Assembly (NCBI GenBank): GCA_000708835.1
Contig: DF237131.1
Span: 26,882-90,881, forward strand
Direction of reading: 5' to 3'
Source: Klebsormidium nitens
Lineage: Eukaryota > Plantae > Klebsormidiophyceae
Length of the DNA stretch: 64,000 nucleotides
The translations under genes and the position numbers were made by a program. Below, in pieces: positions 58,801 to 64,000 of this stretch. Position 1 is the stretch's first letter, and every line of letters starts with the position of its first letter. The notes beneath the pieces are model-generated. The model saw nothing but the letters and a program-made list of their open reading frames with translations, was not told the DNA's origin and ran no database searches.

Positions 58801-61800
58801 GAGGAGATGCTGTCAGCTCCGGGGGGGTCCCAGCAGCGGCCGGACCTGCTCACGTACAATTCGGTGCTTCAGGTAAGGTTTAGCGGATGGTTGATTTTAA
58901 ACTTCTGGTTAGTGGATAAATGATGGCACTGTTTGAAGAGATGCTGGCCGCACCGGGGGGGTCCCATCAAGACGGCAAGTCTGCTCATTCTGCGGCCCAC
59001 TTTCTGCATGTATTCCGTTTCAATGTTACGGCGACAAGGAAGGCACTGAAATGCAATGAAGCAATCAACTGCTCCTTGCAGACTCGAATTTGAGCCTACT
59101 CCATGCCAGCGGAAAAGTAGCAATGGGCATTCTGCCCCTTACGATCGTACTACTAGGTTAGTCAACAAGTGGGAACCCTCAAGTGTAGCGAGCGCCAACC
59201 AAGCCCTAATTGTTCAAGCCTCAAGCAAAATCTTTCTCCATAGGCATACTCCATGAGCGGCGACATTGAGAGGGCGGGCGCGCTGTTCGACCGCATGCTG
59301 CAGCAGGGCCCCCGGCCGAGCCTGGTGACGTGGAACACGCTCATGTCGGCATATGCCAAGCTGGGGCGCCACGAGGAGGCACGTGCCCTGCTGCTGAGGC
59401 TGCGGCAGTACGGGAAGCGGCCGGACGTTGTCTCGTACTCGACGCTCCTGTCGGCATATGCCAAGGCGGGATTGGCCAAGGAGGCGCGAGGGGTGAGGAC
59501 GTGGGGGTTTCAGGGGCTTAAGCGTTCTTATGCTTTTAGAACCTCGGTTTTTGATGCATCCAGAATTATATGTGCGATGCTTCGCTTGTTGTCCGTTACG
59601 AGCTGGAAAGGACGAGTCACTTTGCACGTCAAGAAGCTTCACTCTCACAAGCATGGAACTGCAGGAGACTTCGAACATTAAAACTACGGTAGCTTTTCAA
59701 GGTTTTGGCGAACGGAGAAGCCCAGGTTGTTGACTTTCTGGTTTTGAAGGTTGAGCTTAATGTACTTTGCCAGAACCTGAGATCGTCCAAACCCTAGAAC
59801 CCGCTCTCTTGTTTTCCGCAGGTCTTTGAAGAAATGACAAATGAGGGCGTGAAGCCCAACGCCGTGACTTACAACGCGGTGATGGACGCGTATGCCAAGT
59901 CCAACGACCACGCGGCCGCGCTGACGTGGCTGGAAAAGATGCGTGCCGACGGCGTGACGCCAAATGTCGTCACCTACACGACGCTGATCAACGCGTGCGG
60001 GCGCGCGGGGCGCATCGAGGAGGCGGCGCGGGTGCTGGACGAGGCGGGGGAAAGCTCTGTGAACGTGGTAAGTGTCGGCCTCGCTTCTTCTCCGTCGTTA
60101 CGGATGCTGCCGTTTTGTGATCAGTTGGTCATCCTGACGGTTCTTCATCGTTTTCTGGCGCGTGTTGGACGAGCCGAGAGAAAGCTATAGGAACGTGGTG
60201 AATTCATTTTTGCCCTACCACTTCGCTTGTTTATTTCCGTTCGTTCCGAACGGTTTCACTGATTGTTGACTGCGTTCATCCTGTCGGGCTTTCTGTTCGG
60301 TTTGATTTGTTGTCGGCTCGGGTCCAGGTTACGTTCAACGGGATGCTCTACTCATTTGGTGCTAATGAGGCTATCAGCGCTACCTTTGCTTATGGATTGT
60401 TTCCATCCTGACGGGTTTGTTATCCGCCTAACTGAATGCCAACGCATTTCACTCAACGTTCGCAGCGAATCGTCGTGCGGCGCCAGTTGCTCTCAGCATG
60501 ATGCTGAATGGTAGGTTTTAGCGGCTTTCATAATAACCAGACTGAGTTTCACTTCGTCTTCAGGTGACGTTCAATGCGATGATCCACTCGTGCGGCGCCA
60601 ACGACGCGTTCGACGCGGCGATCCGCGTCTTCGAGGCAATGCGCGTGTCGGGGCTGCAGCCCAACATCGCGACGTACAATGGTGTGCTGGACAGCTTTGG
60701 GCGCGCGGGAAAGCTTGACGAGATGGAACAGGCGTTTCAGCAGATGCTGCGAGAGGGGCTGGTGCCAACGGTCGAAACGTTTACGATCATGATTGACCTG
60801 TACGGGAAGAAGGTAGGCCGGCCGTAATTGGACCCGTTTTGTTCTAGGTTACTGCTCTGCTTCGCTGTGCTGGGCTTCGCCCAGCGTCTCCCTTCCTGGA
60901 GGCTTCCGTTTGCTTTTTACGCCTTCTGGCGGCTGTAAGACGTTCAGGATGAGAGCCAACCTGTACGGAAAGAAGGGGGTTGAGTGGTCGCGTCTTGTTG
61001 GATTCAATGCTGCGTTTTGCTTTGCTCTGTGTTCCTTCGTTTTGCTTTCTTGTGCTTTGCTTTGCTGTGTCTATATGGCTGTGCTTCGCTCAGCGCTCCC
61101 GTCCCTTCGAGCGTTTACGCTTTCTGGTGACAGTCAAATTGATTAACGTCGAACAGAAGGTGGACCTTCACTGGTGTGTTTTTTACCGAAAGTTGGCGTT
61201 GGATGGAGACGGTCGGGGCTCTCGCACTATCAATCTTGGTGACTGCGTCCCCTTCCCTACGACTCTGTTCTACTTTTTCTAATTTCGTACCGGGACATGG
61301 CGTTCTCCACACAACGCTGCGATGCAAGCACACCTGCTCAAACAGGCCTCTCCCGTTGAAAACCGCGCAGCTACGGACTTCAAACGCATGTCTTCACGCT
61401 TCATGTGCCAACAAGTCTCTTCCGACAGGGGGCCCTGTGCCGCCTCAAGTTGCTCACTTTCTCACGCTGACTGTCGACCACTTTCTTTCCGACAGGGCCT
61501 CCCCGAGGAGGCATGGCGCACGTACGAGGCGATGAAGGCCGCGGGCTGCCCGCCCAACATCGTCACCATGACGTCACTCATCAACGCGTGCGCCAAGGGC
61601 AACATGTACTATGAGGGGCTGCTCGCATGGCAGGAGCTGCTGGCCATGGGGCTCGAACCGGATGTCGTCACTTATGGCGCACTCATCGAGATGTGCAACA
61701 AAAACGGCAACTTCGACGTGGCGCTCGAGTTCGGCGAGAAGATGCGGGACAGCGCGCGGCGCGCGGGCGGGCTCAAACCCAACCTGGTTATCTATAACCA

Positions 61801-62512
61801 GCTGTTAGCGGCGGCGGGGCGGCAGCGCGACTTCGACCTGTGCGTGGAGCTGTTCCAGGAGTTGCAGGACAACGGGCACGCGCCGAACAACTGGACGTTC
61901 CACGCGCTTATGGACGCGTTCGGCAGCGCGGGGCGGCCGGATAAGGTGGAGCGCATCTTCCGGGAGATGCACAACGTGTTCGGCGTCGACGCGAATTTGG
62001 TGTCGTATAACCTGCTGGTCGGGGCGTATGCCCGGGTCATCAACTCTCGGGCGCTGGACATCTTCGAGGAGATGAAAGAAAAGGGGATAGCGCCCAGCGT
62101 GATGACGTATAACTGGGTGCTTATGTATATGCGGAAGGCGGGCACCGGGCCGCAGAAAGCGATCCGGCTGTTTAGCGAGATGGTGGCCGGGGGGGTCGCC
62201 CCGACGGCCATAAGCTATGTCGAGATGGTCCGGATATTGCAGCGGGCGGGGATGGACGAGGAGGCGGCCGCAATGCAGAAGGAGTTGGAGTTAGTGCAGG
62301 GCGATGACGCAATTATGAGGGTTGCGGAGCTGACGTCAGAGCGGCAAGTTAGCTCAAGGGGAAACGCGGAAGTTGATTCTAGGGGTTCGTCTGATCTAGA
62401 AACGGATAACCCGGAAGAGTTGTTAGAAAACAAGGCTGGGTTGTCAGACGGGTTGGAAGGCGAGGCGGGCTGGAGACACCTGCTGGTCGCCACGGAGCGA
62501 GGGGTCGATTAG
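55850..62512 (+). CDS. P-type pentatricopeptide repeat (PPR) protein, probably organelle-targeted (exons 55850-57231, 57567-57854, 58596-58872, 59244-59492, 59822-60067, 60564-60812, 61496-62512)
   Basis: Many 35-aa PPR motifs (e.g. PDRVTFNTVLSAC, PSLVTWNTLMSAYAKLG, PNVVTYTTLINACGRAG, PNIATYNGVLDSFGRAG) after a long low-complexity N-terminus. All phases are consistent. Confidence 0.93.
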
Positions 62513-63807
62513 ATACTATTTTGAAGAAACAGATCAGGACAATAGCCTCGTTTTGAAACAGTGACTGTATTGATCTGAGCCATTGAGCTAGCGCGCGTCT
62601 CGTGGTACATTCGCAGAGATGTTTCAACCAACAAACGACATCAATATTTTGATTGTCCCTGCGAGTGCCTTGTTTCGAACTTCGTTCTGTTTCAATCGGA
62701 TTTGCAATCTGAAAGCTAAGTACCGGTGGCTTGCACGTTCGCAATGGTGGGCGCAAAAAGGTAATAAGTCGGCACACCTACGTTTCCGGGCAGCGCGACG
62801 ACTCTTGGCAAAGTCTGTCCTTACATCTTATCAGCATCATTGATATAGTACTCAGTCGGAAAGGCCACCGTCGACGATCCGCACATGGCACGAGAAGTTC
62901 AGATTTTGGGGTGCGCATTCATGCAAAGCATGCATGAGTGTATTGAGAGTGATGCAATGAGCTTGTGCTGGTCCACGCGGGTCAAATTGAGTTGGCCCGT
63001 AAATATCATTCTTGCCTCGATCAATCCCCATACTGAGCCGTGTGCAAGGGACAGCCGCCATCATTGCCCATGAGCTGGAGGCTCCATTAGCCATTAGTCC
63101 ATGAGGTGGGCGCCGGCGGCTATTGTATCTTTCCAGCCATGCTGAAATTAGGCTCAAAGCAGGACGGTGGATCATATATACCCTCATATACTCTCATCCA
63201 TACCCTTTCAAGCTAGTTTGTTCTTTCAATCGGTAGCAAGCAAAGATCTGGATCAAAACCATAGGTTCGTCTTGATGTAAAGCTTACGGCTGATACTTCT
63301 GTTCTCATGTTCCATGGTCACTGTCATGCACACGTAGGCGATGGCTTATGTGTGGAATCCGAACACGTTTTGGAGAGCTGCAATAATCTGGAAGATCTGG
63401 ACAACCAGTATGAGAACCACTGTTGGCACGGTCGAAAGCGGATGACTTTCATCACAGGCAACACAGGCTCGACTGCTCGCTGCTCTTTTTGGAGCATAGT
63501 GCCTTTTACATCAGGACAGTGCAAGAAGCTCACACTTGCCGCGCTCATTTACGAATTATGGGCCCCACGATCAAGCTTGAGTCGATGCAACGACAATGCT
63601 GTGCCCGGCCCGGAGCACAAAAATACGAGTACGCAGCACACACTGGAGAAGGACTCTCCATCCATTGATCAGCTTTGGCACAGTTCGGACTTGTAGCAGG
63701 TTGACCAAACATCCACCCAAGCCCGATACACAGAAACATTTGCACCGGTAAAATACGACCGTTTTGATTGTTCGATGCTGTCAGGGCCAGCCAGGCGCCA
63801 ATTCTGT

Positions 63808-64000
63808 TCAAAACTTGTCAAGATCCAAGCTCTCCACAACGCTTCCGGAAGTGTCGGCGGCCGCCTTAAGGGCGTTTGCCGTATCGCTGTAGCGCTTCAG
63901 GTCGTATCTCTCCAGCGCAGAGAGCGCGTTCTCACTCTCCGTAAAGAGCACACACTCGGCGCATCGCAGTGCGCCCTCCATGATCCCCGGCGCTTTCCTA
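63808..64000 (-). CDS. 3' end of an unidentified gene, truncated by the window edge
   Basis: Open frame RKAPGIMEGALRCAECVLFTESENALSALERYDLKRYSDTANALKAAADTSGSVVESLDLDKF-stop, with GC-rich third positions like the other exons. Confidence 0.6.
   Translation of the reverse strand, partial: RKAPGIMEGALRCAECVLFTESENALSALERYDLKRYSDTANALKAAADTSGSVVESLDLDKF

Overview
This is eukaryotic, intron-rich nuclear DNA with GC-rich third codon positions. Gene content and style suggest a streptophyte green alga, Klebsormidium-like (inference). Spliced gene models were built by hand, checking splice sites and phases. In order: the 3' part of a MYND zinc-finger gene; two tandem paralogues of an unknown protein; an SLC35F-type transporter; a secreted Cys-repeat protein ending in a Root-cap/VWD-like domain with a GDPH motif; a plastid Omp85 (OEP80/Toc75-V-like) gene; an intron-containing arsH; a DUF3626-like ORF; a GLYAT/FR47-type GNAT acetyltransferase; a double polyketide-cyclase/START-domain gene; a P-type PPR gene; and the 3' end of one more gene. 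There are also a Tourist-like MITE, a small dispersed repeat family, a ~400-bp direct repeat pair and a minisatellite. Two patterns stand out. First, the Omp85 gene has two phase-matched, apparently mutually exclusive exons at the POTRA3/beta-barrel strand-1 junction. Second, introns of at least five genes carry 'exon-edge echoes': degenerate tandem copies of the neighbouring splice site plus exon edge, often differing from the real exon mainly at synonymous third positions. No rRNA, tRNA or CRISPR array was found. Family assignments come from recalled motifs, not database searches.
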